Notes under the pieces: model-generated
What the model was told of the DNA's origin: nothing
What the model saw: the letters and a program-made list of their open reading frames with translations, nothing else
Databases searched by the model: none
Source: Minisyncoccota bacterium
Lineage (GTDB): Bacteria; Patescibacteriota; Minisyncoccia; Phycocordibacterales; JABAAK01
DNA: 64,000 bases
Assembly (NCBI GenBank): GCA_963668425.1
Contig: OY764332.1
Coordinates: forward strand, 595,896 to 659,895
Reading direction: 5' to 3'
Part shown: positions 1 through 10,543 of the stretch, in pieces
Layout of the letters: each line of letters begins with the position of its first letter
How positions within the stretch are numbered: the stretch's first letter is position 1
Made by a program: the position numbers and the translations under genes

Positions 1-136
1 TGCTCCCACTGCGCCACGAGATGCATGTGAAGTTCACTTTGCACACATAGATCTTGTCTTTAGCTTTTTTGCACCACGAGAGCTACGAGATACCGATCCA
101 ACCAGAGCACATAGTGACTATGAAGCAAAAAGAATC

Positions 137-2323
137 ATGATAGACTCAAACACTATTCCTTGTGCAGATTTTAAAGCAAACGCCGCCTTCTGGGAACAAG
201 TAAAAGCCGACCTCATAGCGGAAGGGATAGACGCTAACAACATCATCCTCCCCTACTCAGAGACCTGTGTATCAACCATCTCCACCGCAAATGGGTTTAT
301 CCGGCAAGCGTTTGTTAACAGAACACAAAAGTTGCGAGAAGAAGCAGCAGCAGTACACCCGGACTATCTTGATGCGACTCTCTTCCGATTTATTCCAATA
401 AGTGATATTCCACAGGTCTACGTACTAGGAGTAGGAGCAACCTCAGCAGAAAGACCTCCCATAGAGGTGCTAGGAGAGGGAAAGAGTGTCACGCATCCCT
501 TCTCTGTCACCATCACTGACAAAGCAGGAAACACTGTTAGCATACAAGCAGCAAAGCCACTCACCACAGATGCAGCTCCTCCCGTTGCAACGCTCTACAG
601 AGATGAGGAGGATTACTGGGTAGAGGCACGAGACCCTTCCTACACAAGGACCTTTGGAGAAGCAGGAGTAACATCTCCAACAAAGGTATTTATAGTAAAA
701 GGAGCAGAAGCAACCTACACCCAGCGATCAAAGAACTGTGGTGAACTCGCACAACAAAAAGATGACTTTATAGCACTAGGCGTACCTGCAGAAAATATCT
801 TTGCACCATTTACTTTCCCTTGTACTGATTCAGAAGCAGTTGCCACACGCGAAGAGATACTACAAAGTGGTGTTGCCTATGTGGCTCGTCAAACCGTACT
901 CATCCAAGAAAAGGTAGACGAAGATCCAAACGATGCAATCACACAAACCTCACACGTCACTTTTGCAATGCTTCCCACTCTCTACCAGTTAGGAGTAGGA
1001 GCATCCTCAAAGATGCAAGAGATCTCAGGAACACAACCTCTGGAGAACACCTGCTCTTCCGAAGGAGTGGCGCAAGTCAAAGGTCCTTTCCTCGGTATCT
1101 CTGATGATCGTATCGTTACCAAAGGAGAGATAGGAGACAGTGACTACAAAATCTCAATACTCAAACAAGATCACTTCACCACCGACTCCTTCGGACTCAA
1201 CGTATTCAACGAAGCGCTTGCCTCTGACCGCTACAGTGTAGAAGCGTTCTGTGTTGTCGTAACTGATGCCTTCGGTAGCCAAACCTTCCTTCTAAGCACT
1301 GAAGCAACAATAAAACAAAGAAAAAAACCAGGTAAAGAAGGAGGTATAGGAGGACGCATAGGAGGGAATGTTACCGGCAGTTTGATTCCCTCACTTTCTG
1401 ATCTGTTTGATACCGGTGAACAAGCGGAACAGAAAGCACCAACGACACCTGTCTTTGATGTAGGGCAACAGAGACAACAAGAGCAAACGGCTGCGTTTGT
1501 TGAAGAGGCAACCTCCTTTACTAGAGACCTCACCATCGGCTCAATCGGAGCAGATGTCAGAGCGCTCCAGAAGATGCTCAATGACCTCGGCTTCATCGTA
1601 TCTACAACTGGAGCAGGATCTCCAGGAAAAGAGAGTGTCTACTTTGGCGAGAAGACCAGACAAGCCCTTATCCGTTATCAAATTTCCAAAGGTATTACTC
1701 CAGCATCAGGTTACTTTGGACCACGTACCAGAGCGCAGATACAAGGACAAGCACAAGGACAACTTCAGCCAACAGCACCAGTAGAAGAAGTTAGATCATT
1801 TGTTGATACAGCGACAGAAGAAGAGCACCAACCAGCACCAACAGTGTCTGTTGCCGTTGAAAAAGCAACCTCCTTTACCAGAGACCTCACCATCGGCTCA
1901 ATCGGAGCAGATGTCAGAGCGCTCCAGAAGATGCTCAATGACCTCGGCTTCATCGTATCTACAACTGGAGCAGGATCTCCAGGAGAAGAGAGTGTCTACT
2001 TTGGCGAGAAGACCAGACAAGCCCTTATCCGTTATCAAGAGGCAAACAGTATCACCCCGGCATCAGGTTACTTTGGACCACGTACCAGAGCGCAGATACA
2101 AGGACAGCCAACAGCACCAGTAGAAGAGGTCAGATCATTTATTGAAACGGCAGAACAAGAGGAAGAGGAGCGACGAGAACAACAGTCATCTCCTGAACAA
2201 CAGCAAAAAGAAGAGCGACAAGAACAGCAGGTGTCTCCTGAGCCATTGCAACAGCAAGAAGTACAGACAGAGGATATCACGGACTATGACCCAATTACTA
2301 ACCTACTATTCCCCGTACGGTAA
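137..2323 (+). CDS. Large protein with two near-identical peptidoglycan-binding (PG_binding_1-like) modules and E/Q-rich low-complexity C-terminus
   Basis: 728-aa ORF; twice-repeated module 'LTIGSIGADVRALQKMLNDLGFIVSTTGAGSPG.ESVYFGEKTRQALIRYQ' matches the LxxGxxGxxVxxLQxxL...FGxxTxxAxxxFQ pattern of PG-binding domains; DNA of the two modules (about 1497-1740 and 1857-2100) nearly identical. Confidence 0.5.
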   Translation: MIDSNTIPCADFKANAAFWEQVKADLIAEGIDANNIILPYSETCVSTISTANGFIRQAFVNRTQKLREEAAAVHPDYLDATLFRFIPISDIPQVYVLGVGATSAERPPIEVLGEGKSVTHPFSVTITDKAGNTVSIQAAKPLTTDAAPPVATLYRDEEDYWVEARDPSYTRTFGEAGVTSPTKVFIVKGAEATYTQRSKNCGELAQQKDDFIALGVPAENIFAPFTFPCTDSEAVATREEILQSGVAYVARQTVLIQEKVDEDPNDAITQTSHVTFAMLPTLYQLGVGASSKMQEISGTQPLENTCSSEGVAQVKGPFLGISDDRIVTKGEIGDSDYKISILKQDHFTTDSFGLNVFNEALASDRYSVEAFCVVVTDAFGSQTFLLSTEATIKQRKKPGKEGGIGGRIGGNVTGSLIPSLSDLFDTGEQAEQKAPTTPVFDVGQQRQQEQTAAFVEEATSFTRDLTIGSIGADVRALQKMLNDLGFIVSTTGAGSPGKESVYFGEKTRQALIRYQISKGITPASGYFGPRTRAQIQGQAQGQLQPTAPVEEVRSFVDTATEEEHQPAPTVSVAVEKATSFTRDLTIGSIGADVRALQKMLNDLGFIVSTTGAGSPGEESVYFGEKTRQALIRYQEANSITPASGYFGPRTRAQIQGQPTAPVEEVRSFIETAEQEEEERREQQSSPEQQQKEERQEQQVSPEPLQQQEVQTEDITDYDPITNLLFPVR

Positions 2324-2574
2324 AGATTTTAGTCGCTGAGCACTCTCTTTTATCGTAGGATTGCACAGTGATGGTGTAGTTGTTGCACACATCGTACTCC
2401 TGCCAACTTTATCTTCTTCTGTTTTTCTACTTTTTTGCCTCTTATTGTAGGCACTATGCTATAAAATTATCCTGTTGTGCCGGTATAAGATGGGTTGCAG
2501 TTATACACATGGTATATTTTACTGATTTTTTTATATAGGATACTGTTTATATATAAATTAACCATTACTATTAT

Positions 2575-3024
2575 ATGAATATGAAATTACTATCTTGCGG
2601 TGCTGTGTGTTTTTATACCATTGGTGCTGTATTGCTGTCGCTCTTGTCCAGTTTGACACATAGTGTTCTTTCTCAAAGTTCTTTTAATCAAGGGAGTGAT
2701 AATCTGGCTTTTGCTGTTGGGAGTGTTGGTAAGGGGGCGGAAACGTTTGGGACTTTGGTGAGTTTGGGAACTACTATTGCGGTTTCTTTGGCATTCTTTT
2801 TCTTCTTTTGGAACTTGTTTAAGTTTATCAAAGCCGCTGATCCTGAAAGCAAAGAATCGGCGCAGGGTAAGATGGTGTGGTCGCTTGTGGCGATTATTGT
2901 GATAGTTTCTCTGTGGGGTATCATTGCCTTTGTTCGGGGAGTGTTGGGTATAGATGCTGGTCTGGATGATGTAAATGATGTTCCGGTTCCGGGGACTGTG
3001 TTGAACCCGTCAAGAGTGCAATAG
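2575..3024 (+). CDS. Small membrane protein (signal peptide + two TM helices; possibly TrbC/VirB2-like pilin fold)
   Basis: 149 aa, hydrophobic N-terminal leader then two long hydrophobic helices separated by a charged loop (FKFIKAADPESKESAQGK); AT-rich promoter-like upstream. Confidence 0.3.
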   Translation: MNMKLLSCGAVCFYTIGAVLLSLLSSLTHSVLSQSSFNQGSDNLAFAVGSVGKGAETFGTLVSLGTTIAVSLAFFFFFWNLFKFIKAADPESKESAQGKMVWSLVAIIVIVSLWGIIAFVRGVLGIDAGLDDVNDVPVPGTVLNPSRVQ

Positions 3025-3196
3025 TAAATAAGAGGATTGGTATTTCCTTTGTCATTCCACATCTGTTTTTTGACTTCTTGATTTACGGTGTGTTTGGCTC
3101 TTATTCTATTGTCACTTTTTTGTCCTTCAAGCGTATCGTTGCTATCTTTTCGTTTCTGTATCTGTTTTCACAGGTAGTTCGTATTCTTTATTTTCT

Positions 3197-4066
3197 CTAG
3201 TTTCTTTGCTCTTCAATCTCGTACGTGATTACTGCTGTTTGTTGTATCTTTTGCTCACCTTGTTGTATTGGCACTGCTGTCTCCTGTTGTGCTGGCTGAT
3301 TAAATGCGGTAGATGCAGATTCTAGCCGTGCGTATGGACGTGTTTTATTTTCATAGACGTTGATGTGGATTATTTTTTTGAGGCGAAGATTGGACAGTTG
3401 TGCGATTTTGTATGCTCGAATCTTTGCGTCGTGAATTGCTTTTATCGTTGCGATATCTTTTACATATCTTTCATGCTCTTCATCTGCAGCAAAGAGCGGT
3501 CCGGTTACTGTTTCAGGGTTGAGGTCGGTGAGCATGGTGAGTATAGTGCCAACGTTTTCAATGGCTCTGATAACTACTGTGGTGGTGTGGGAAACACGAT
3601 AGCCAAGAAGTTCAGGGGTTCTTTCTGTCAGGAAAGGAGGTATCTCTGGTAAGGAATATTCATATTCAGGGTATATAGTGTAGCCGGTTGTCTGTATGTC
3701 TGTATCGGCGATATTTGCTTGTGTAAGTACTGCATAGGCATCTTGAACTCGTGCGGTTACTATATCACGCGCTGCTGAGACGTCCTGTTGTAGATCGGAA
3801 AATGAGAATGTTATTTTTGCTGTGTTGTTTGTGATGAACTGTTCTCCGATGCCGGTAAATGACATCTCTGCTGACTCTTGGATAGTGTGCATGTATTCTC
3901 GTATACCCCATGCGCCTGTTAGAAGGAATATTGCAAGTGCTATACAAACTCCTATTCGGATTGAAATCCGCATTGCGTTGCAGGCAGACATCGTAGCAGT
4001 CCCGCTGGTCTTGCTTTTTGTGGTGTGCTTCCCGACACTTTTAACACTTTTTCTTTTTGTGACCAT
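3197..4066 (-). CDS. SIMPL/DUF541-family periplasmic protein (BP26/OMP28-like)
   Basis: 289 aa, N-terminal TM anchor, then sequence pattern typical of SIMPL domain (…GYTIYPEYEY…GYRVSHTTTVVIRA…IKAIHDAKIRAYKIAQLSNL…). Confidence 0.45.
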   Translation of the reverse strand: MVTKRKSVKSVGKHTTKSKTSGTATMSACNAMRISIRIGVCIALAIFLLTGAWGIREYMHTIQESAEMSFTGIGEQFITNNTAKITFSFSDLQQDVSAARDIVTARVQDAYAVLTQANIADTDIQTTGYTIYPEYEYSLPEIPPFLTERTPELLGYRVSHTTTVVIRAIENVGTILTMLTDLNPETVTGPLFAADEEHERYVKDIATIKAIHDAKIRAYKIAQLSNLRLKKIIHINVYENKTRPYARLESASTAFNQPAQQETAVPIQQGEQKIQQTAVITYEIEEQRN

Positions 4067-4083
4067 ACAATGGTACTATAGCA

Positions 4084-4554
4084 TTATTTTCTGCCGTAGA
4101 GTCCCATATAAGATGCTTCTTTCAACGTGTGCTTCTTCATTGTCTGTCTTATCTGTTCAGAATTCGGCAATGGCTTTTTGAAAGTAAGTTCAGAATCAAG
4201 TGCGTATAGTGTAAAGTAGTACCGATGAGGATTGTCTCCTCGTGGGGGACAGGGTCCGCCGTATCCTGCTTTGCCCCAACTGTTCGCACCACTTTGAAAA
4301 GAATCTATGTTTTTTGTGTGTATCTCTTTTGTCTCCGGGGGAATGTTAAATAGCAGACAATGATCCCATGTATCACCATCGGTTGCATCGGGATCGTTTA
4401 TGATAAGTACCAGTGAAGCAGTTTTTGTTGGAATATTTTTTATGGTTATGGTTGGGATGCTGTCCTTTCCGTCACACGAGTGTCTGCTTGGTATGTCTCC
4501 TCTGTCTTTGAACTCTTGTATTTTTATTTCCATACTTATTTTGTAGTGTAGCAC
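4084..4554 (-). CDS. PEBP/YbhB/YbcL-family (phosphatidylethanolamine-binding protein-like)
   Basis: 156 aa with hallmark motif 'GGPCPPRGDNPHRYYFTLYALD' (GPxPPxGxHRYxFxLYALD). Confidence 0.7.
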   Translation of the reverse strand: MLHYKISMEIKIQEFKDRGDIPSRHSCDGKDSIPTITIKNIPTKTASLVLIINDPDATDGDTWDHCLLFNIPPETKEIHTKNIDSFQSGANSWGKAGYGGPCPPRGDNPHRYYFTLYALDSELTFKKPLPNSEQIRQTMKKHTLKEASYMGLYGRK

Positions 4555-4666
4555 GTTTTATTTTGTGTACATTATATGTATCTTAATGGGCAGGATGTGT
4601 ATTATTTCTTTGTTTAGTGCTAATTCTATGGTACAATTGCTTTTGTTTCATTTTAATGAATACAGC

Positions 4667-6067
4667 ATGAAGACAAATATACCAAAAACAGTACACTTTG
4701 GCAAAGTTGTGGCAACAGTTGGTCCTGCATCTGAGTCAGAAGAGGGCATTGCGGCACTTGTTGAGGCAGGGGTGGATGTGTTTCGCCTTAACTTTTCTCA
4801 TGGTTCGCATGAGGAACAGGGGCAGCGAGTTGTGCATATACGTGACAAAGAGGAGAAATATAACAGACCAATCAGTATCATTGCTGACTTGCAGGGTCCC
4901 AAGTTGCGCATAGGGACATTTGCCGACGATGAAGGCGTTGAAGTCAAATCCGGGGCATCATTTGCGTTTCATTTGAAAGAGCGTGTTGGAGATGAGCAGG
5001 GGGTTTCGCTTATGCATCCTGAAATATTTGAGGCGGCGAAAGTCGGTATGGATATTTTGGTTGATGACGGACGATTGCAATTTCAAGTTACTGCTGTTAC
5101 TGACGAGGTGTTGGAGACATCTGTGATTACTGGTGGCAGGATAAAACAAAAGAAAGGGGTGAATATACCGACGGTGCAGTTACCGATTGGCGCGCTTACC
5201 GCGAAAGATGAGAGAGATATGGAGTTTGCACTTTCGCGAGGGGTTGATTGGGTGGCGCTTTCATTTGTGCAACGGCCAGAGGACGTGCAACAGGCACGAA
5301 AGATGGTAAATGAGGTAGATGACACAATTGGTATTATTGCAAAGATTGAAAAACCATCTGCGGTTGAGCATATTGAAGAGATTATTGCAGTAGTTGACGC
5401 GATTATGGTGGCGCGTGGTGACTTGGGTGTTGAGATACCGCCAGAAGATGTGCCGAGTATACAGAAAAAGATTATCAAGCTGTGCCGGCAGGCAGGGAAG
5501 CCCGTGATTGTTGCAACACATATGTTGGATTCAATGATTGATGCTCCTCGTCCTACTCGTGCAGAGGTGTCAGACGTTGCAAATGCTATCTATGATGGGA
5601 CTGATGCGGTAATGCTTTCCGCAGAGACAGCGGCAGGTAACTATCCGACTGAATCTGTTGAGATGATGCGGAGTATTGTGCGGCGCTCAGTTACTGATTC
5701 TGAGTTTTTTACTGCAGAAAAAGAAATAGATTTTGCCGCGCTTCGTTGTGACACTGACTCTGTTATTGTTGCTGCGCAAGACGTCATCACAAATGAAAGT
5801 CCGACTGTGATTATTGTTAACGACTCTATTGACGGACTTTCATTTGATAGCGTTATGTGCTATGCGCGGGAGCGGTGTCGACATCCTTTGGTTGTGCTAA
5901 CAGAGGATCAGCGACTTGCGCGTCGTCTTACCTTGGCGTGGGGTGTTTCTCCAGTGTATATTCCTGGTGCTGTTATGCAGGGAGATGATGGCATAGAACC
6001 TGCTATTAGGAAACGTCTTGGTATACCTGATGCTGTGAAGGTTGCCATGCTATGGGCAAAGATATAG
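4667..6067 (+). CDS. pyk: Pyruvate kinase
   Basis: Start moved to internal ATG (MKTNIPKTVHFGKVVATVGP…); motifs VFRLNFSHG, IIAKIEKP, MVARGDLGVEIP, ATHMLDSM; about 466 aa. Confidence 0.9.
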   Translation: MKTNIPKTVHFGKVVATVGPASESEEGIAALVEAGVDVFRLNFSHGSHEEQGQRVVHIRDKEEKYNRPISIIADLQGPKLRIGTFADDEGVEVKSGASFAFHLKERVGDEQGVSLMHPEIFEAAKVGMDILVDDGRLQFQVTAVTDEVLETSVITGGRIKQKKGVNIPTVQLPIGALTAKDERDMEFALSRGVDWVALSFVQRPEDVQQARKMVNEVDDTIGIIAKIEKPSAVEHIEEIIAVVDAIMVARGDLGVEIPPEDVPSIQKKIIKLCRQAGKPVIVATHMLDSMIDAPRPTRAEVSDVANAIYDGTDAVMLSAETAAGNYPTESVEMMRSIVRRSVTDSEFFTAEKEIDFAALRCDTDSVIVAAQDVITNESPTVIIVNDSIDGLSFDSVMCYARERCRHPLVVLTEDQRLARRLTLAWGVSPVYIPGAVMQGDDGIEPAIRKRLGIPDAVKVAMLWAKI

Positions 6068-6220
6068 TGGCTGTTGTCATGTGTGTTTGATACGAGTAGG
6101 GGAGTTGTTATGATTTAGATATGTGGCGTGTAGCACGAAGGGAGAAGATGCTATTGTTTACGCACAGGGCACGTCGTAGAGCTATTTTCAGTTGTATACT
6201 GTAGTCGGTGGGTACTATGT

Positions 6221-6889
6221 ATGATGCTTCCTGATTTTTCAAAAAATTTTGCAAATCAACCATCGCCCACACCGTCTAATGTCCCTGGGTCTACTATGTC
6301 TGCTGATGTTAAAGGTGCTGTGCAACGGGAGAAGATGATGCCACAGGAGGATCGACCTGTTAAACAGATAGATATTAGATACATACTGGCGGTGTTATTG
6401 CTTACATTTGCCATTATTAGCGTCGGTGGCATGTTTGGTTTTAATGCGTATCTGGATAGAGAGATCGTTGCTATTGAGAGTGGTATTGATGCATTGGAGG
6501 AAACTATAAAAATAAATGATATCCTTGATCTTGCCACATTTAATAAACAGATAGGAACGTTACAAGACCTTACTATTTCTCGTGGAGGGTACTCATTGTT
6601 ACTCACTGAAGCATCAAAGCTGGTCATACCTGGTGTGCATTACAGCTCTGTCTCCATAGCAACAAGTGACGACGGGTACACCGTCGTTGTAAAAGGGGTT
6701 GCCGGTTCACTTGCCCGGTATCATCAACAAATACAGCAAGTTGAGGCGGCTGAAGGACTGTTGGCAGATGGTAATTTTGATGGGTACTCATTGCAGCATA
6801 GTGAAAGTGGCGGTACTACAGTACTATTCACTGTAAGCTTCCTTGTTGAAGCAGCAGAAGTTGGTGAAACTCTTAATAATGTATCGTAG
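6221..6889 (+). CDS. Type IV pilus assembly protein, PilN-like (bitopic)
   Basis: 222 aa, cytoplasmic N-term, single TM (ILAVLLLTFAIISVGG), periplasmic domain; first of three small bitopic ORFs directly upstream of pilB. Confidence 0.35.
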   Translation: MMLPDFSKNFANQPSPTPSNVPGSTMSADVKGAVQREKMMPQEDRPVKQIDIRYILAVLLLTFAIISVGGMFGFNAYLDREIVAIESGIDALEETIKINDILDLATFNKQIGTLQDLTISRGGYSLLLTEASKLVIPGVHYSSVSIATSDDGYTVVVKGVAGSLARYHQQIQQVEAAEGLLADGNFDGYSLQHSESGGTTVLFTVSFLVEAAEVGETLNNVS

Positions 6890-6895
6890 CATCAT

Positions 6896-7462
6896 ATGAA
6901 AAACGGTTTTTTATTTTCAGTGGTTTTTATTGCTATTGCTGTCGGGCTTTATTCACAGATCATAAAACCATGGCTTGGTGATGCTCTTACAAAATATAAT
7001 CAGATTGAAGATTTGCGATCGGTGTTTGCGGAGGGGCAAAATTTGCAGGTACGTCGTGATGCATTGCGATCTGAATTGAATACTGTTTCAGTACCCCGAC
7101 AAAATTTGATAAAAAATGCAGTCCCTGAGTATTCACCCGGCAATGTTATTTTGTTTCTTCTTGCTTTGGATTCGTTGGTAAAAGAGAGGAGTGGGTTGCC
7201 GCTTGACACGAAGTATACTGTTGGATCGGAGCGAGAAGGTGCTGAAGGGGTTGTGCTGTTGCCGATTCTATTTAATTTTGGAGAGATTTCATATGATGTT
7301 CTGCGCCAGTTTATACAAAACTTGCAACGATGGGAGCGTGGAGTGCGCATTCAGTCAATGCAGATAGGAGTGCCCGCGGATGAGGATTTGGCGGAGCGAG
7401 GTTTTGTTCAGGCATCTATTTCTATTGAAGCTCTGTTTTCTTCAGTATCTGACACCTTATAA
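6896..7462 (+). CDS. Type IV pilus assembly protein, PilO-like (bitopic, coiled coil)
   Basis: 188 aa, N-terminal TM then coiled-coil segment; operonic with 6221 and pilB. Confidence 0.35.
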   Translation: MKNGFLFSVVFIAIAVGLYSQIIKPWLGDALTKYNQIEDLRSVFAEGQNLQVRRDALRSELNTVSVPRQNLIKNAVPEYSPGNVILFLLALDSLVKERSGLPLDTKYTVGSEREGAEGVVLLPILFNFGEISYDVLRQFIQNLQRWERGVRIQSMQIGVPADEDLAERGFVQASISIEALFSSVSDTL

Positions 7463-7476
7463 TACCTATTAATATC

Positions 7477-8049
7477 ATGAACTCGGGAAAAGTAAAATCT
7501 GTATTCATTTTTATTATTCTGACAGGCATTTTGTTTTATTTTGGTGATTTGGTTGCGCGAGAATCAGCATTTAGCATTGAGGACACTGAACAGTCGGCAC
7601 GATTTCTTGATATCGTTGCTGTTTTGAATGATATTCAATTTGATCTTGACTTTGTTAACTCACTTGGTGATACAGCTATAAAAACTAACGTATACATTCA
7701 GCCACTGTCGTCTTCTGATGCTGGAAGAGATAACCCATTTAGGAAGTCAAGTCCGTCTGCACTCTTTGAGAGTCCGCAGGATGTATTCCCCAGTCAAGAA
7801 GAGGTTCGTGCGATATTTGAGGGTGAGGTGCCGCCTCCTATTCCGCCTGATCTCCGCTCGTTGTTAGAGGGACAGGATATCGTTGTGCCATCGGAAGGAG
7901 GGCAAGATGTCGGTCCGCCGGAAGAGTTGGTAAATCAGCTACAAGATGTCGGTCCGCCGGAAGAGTTGGTAAATCAGCTGCAAGATGTCGCCCCGCCGGA
8001 TGGGCAGGAGGAGTTATCTGATCCGTCATCAGCAACGTTAACACGCTAA
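7477..8049 (+). CDS. Bitopic pilus-operon protein with acidic proline-rich tail containing a perfect 13-aa tandem repeat
   Basis: 190 aa; N-terminal TM; 'DVGPPEELVNQLQ' twice, encoded by a perfect 39-bp tandem duplication at 7906-7983. Confidence 0.3.
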   Translation: MNSGKVKSVFIFIILTGILFYFGDLVARESAFSIEDTEQSARFLDIVAVLNDIQFDLDFVNSLGDTAIKTNVYIQPLSSSDAGRDNPFRKSSPSALFESPQDVFPSQEEVRAIFEGEVPPPIPPDLRSLLEGQDIVVPSEGGQDVGPPEELVNQLQDVGPPEELVNQLQDVAPPDGQEELSDPSSATLTR

Positions 8050-9779
8050 TGCTGTTTAGTTATCATGGTATGCCTCTAAACAACAATACACAATCTCAAC
8101 AAAAAAAAGACACGGAGGTTGTCGCCCCAAATGAGGCGCGTGCTGTGCAGAAAGATGATGACGGTGCAGATGTGGTACCTGGGGTTAACGCAAACTATCA
8201 GATCTCAAATAAATTATTTAGGTTTGTTCCGCAAGAATCTGCTGAGTTATATAAAATTATTCCCCTAAAGCAAGAAGATACCACCTTGTATGTCGGAGCG
8301 GTTAATCCGAATGACTTGGATGCACGAGATGCATTGAACTTTATCACTACCGGTCAAGGTTTGCAGTATAAAGTCCAAAAAATTGAGGAAAAACTTTTCC
8401 AGATACTATTGAAGCAATATGATAGTGCTGATTTTACTATGGATGAGACGTTAGAGCAGTTGGTGGAGGAAGGGGAAGAAAGTGTGCTGCTTGATATAGG
8501 TGATGGGGATGATACTGAGCAGGGTGATGATGTTATTCGTGAAGAAGCACCGGTTATTAAATTGGTTAGTACCATCTTAGCGCAGGCGGTTGCTAAAGGG
8601 GTGTCTGATATACACATTGAGCCGAATGAGAAGTCAGCGGTAGTTCGGTATCGGCTGGATGGTATTTTGCAGAATCAGATGCAATTCTCAAGAAAAATAC
8701 TTGATTCTTTTGTTGCTCGTATTAAGATTTTGGCAAATTTGCGCATAGATGAACGACGAAGACCGCAGGACGGACGGTTTTCCAGTCGTATAAAAGATAA
8801 TCGTGTTGATTTTCGTGTTGCCATCTTCCCGACAGTAAATGGTGAGAAAGTGATTCTCCGTGTTCTTGATAAAGGTAAAGGGCTGCGTGATTTAGCATCT
8901 GTTGGTTTGGAGGAGCGTGCGTATGAGGGTATTCTTCGGGCGATTAAGCGACCATATGGACTTGTGCTTGCGACTGGTCCGACTGGCGCCGGTAAGACAA
9001 CGACTTTGTATGCTATTTTAAGTATGACAAATCGTGTTAATCAGAGCATTGTTTCATTAGAAGATCCGGTTGAGTACCGTCTTGAAGGGGTAAATCAATC
9101 AAATATTCGTCCTGAGATTGGGTATACGTTTGCAACAGGATTGCGCTCGGTGTTGCGTACTGACCCGGATCAGATATTTGTAGGTGAGATTCGTGATAAA
9201 GAGACAGCAAATTTGGCGGTGCAGGCAGCGCTGACAGGACATCTTGTGTATTCAACATTGCATACAAATAGTGCTATTGGTGCTGTGTCACGGTTGCTTA
9301 ACTTTGGTATTGATCCGTTCCTCCTTGCACCGACGTTGTCATTGGTTATTGGTCAGAGAATGGTACGTCGGCTTGATGGAGAGGGGACAGAAGTGCCGGT
9401 CAATGAGGGAATGAAGACGCACTTAGAAAAAAAGTTTGCTGATTTACCTCAGCGATATAAAAGTAAAATTCCTGATTTTACTTCTTTCCGTGATCCAGTG
9501 CCGACTGAACGTAGTCCTTCTGGTATGCGTGGACGAGTCGGAGTATTTGAGGTGTTTGAAATTGACGAAGAGATTCGTTCAATTATTTTTAATACTCCTT
9601 CGGAAACAAAAATGTATGAGGCGGCACGAAAAAATGGCTTTATGACTATGGGGGAGGATGCCATTCTGAAAGGTTTGAGGGGGATTATTCCGCTTTCTGA
9701 AGCAGTTAAGGTTGGCAATGAAGGAGTGCTGGGTGTTGAAGAAGGGGGAGAAGAACAACAGCAACAAGTTTCGCAATAG
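8049..9779 (+). CDS. pilB: Type IV pilus assembly ATPase PilB (GspE family)
   Basis: 576 aa; GSPII_E N-domain, Walker A 'GPTGAGKTTTLYA', Asp box, His box; ATGA overlap with upstream ORF. Confidence 0.85.
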   Translation: MLFSYHGMPLNNNTQSQQKKDTEVVAPNEARAVQKDDDGADVVPGVNANYQISNKLFRFVPQESAELYKIIPLKQEDTTLYVGAVNPNDLDARDALNFITTGQGLQYKVQKIEEKLFQILLKQYDSADFTMDETLEQLVEEGEESVLLDIGDGDDTEQGDDVIREEAPVIKLVSTILAQAVAKGVSDIHIEPNEKSAVVRYRLDGILQNQMQFSRKILDSFVARIKILANLRIDERRRPQDGRFSSRIKDNRVDFRVAIFPTVNGEKVILRVLDKGKGLRDLASVGLEERAYEGILRAIKRPYGLVLATGPTGAGKTTTLYAILSMTNRVNQSIVSLEDPVEYRLEGVNQSNIRPEIGYTFATGLRSVLRTDPDQIFVGEIRDKETANLAVQAALTGHLVYSTLHTNSAIGAVSRLLNFGIDPFLLAPTLSLVIGQRMVRRLDGEGTEVPVNEGMKTHLEKKFADLPQRYKSKIPDFTSFRDPVPTERSPSGMRGRVGVFEVFEIDEEIRSIIFNTPSETKMYEAARKNGFMTMGEDAILKGLRGIIPLSEAVKVGNEGVLGVEEGGEEQQQQVSQ

Positions 9780-9802
9780 CTGACTATTTTATATACTATA
9801 CA

Positions 9803-10468
9803 ATGAATACTCAAAAGCGGACAAGTCGCAAAGCTCAGGTGCGAACATTGATTCGTGCACTTAAAGTACTGTTTCCTGGCGCGAAGCTTGCGTTGCGGTA
9901 TCGCAGTCATTGGCAGTTGATGGTGGCGGTGCAATTGTCGGCGCAGTCCACTGATAAAAAGGTGAATGAAATTGTGCCCGGGTTATTTAAAAAGTATAAA
10001 ACAGTGAAGGATTTTGCAGAGGCAGATTTGAAAGAGTTGCAGGAGGCGATTAGTTCAGTGCTGTATTACAAGAATAAAGGAAAGAATATACAGGCGGCGG
10101 CGCAGAAAGTAGTTGCTAATTTTAATGGACGGTTGCCGCGTACTATGGAGGAAATGTTAACTTTGCCGGGGGTTGCGCGAAAAACGGCAAACGTAGTGCT
10201 TGGCACGCTGTTTCACGTGTACGAAGGTATTGTGGTTGATACCCATATGATACGGTTTGCGCGACGTTTTGATTTATCTGATTTCAAAGATGCAGTACGA
10301 ATAGAGCGGGACCTTATGGAAATTGTGCCGAAGAAAGAATGGTATCAATTTTCATATTTGGTCGTTGATTATGGACGATTGTACGGTAATCCACGAGGCA
10401 AGAGAGATTTGCACGAACAGGATCCGTTGACAGAGATATACCCAAAGGCAAAAGGGTACTGGCCATAG
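9803..10468 (+). CDS. nth: Endonuclease III-like HhH-GPD DNA glycosylase (no C-terminal Fe-S cysteine cluster)
   Basis: 221 aa; 'LPGVARKTANVVLG' helix-hairpin-helix, catalytic region conserved; lacks the Cx6Cx2Cx5C cluster. Confidence 0.75.
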   Translation: MNTQKRTSRKAQVRTLIRALKVLFPGAKLALRYRSHWQLMVAVQLSAQSTDKKVNEIVPGLFKKYKTVKDFAEADLKELQEAISSVLYYKNKGKNIQAAAQKVVANFNGRLPRTMEEMLTLPGVARKTANVVLGTLFHVYEGIVVDTHMIRFARRFDLSDFKDAVRIERDLMEIVPKKEWYQFSYLVVDYGRLYGNPRGKRDLHEQDPLTEIYPKAKGYWP

Positions 10469-10543
10469 AAACATGTTGCCTGAGTGTTTGTGGTGCCAAC
10501 CCCTTTATAACGCTTACTGACACTGAAATCATACGCAACAACT

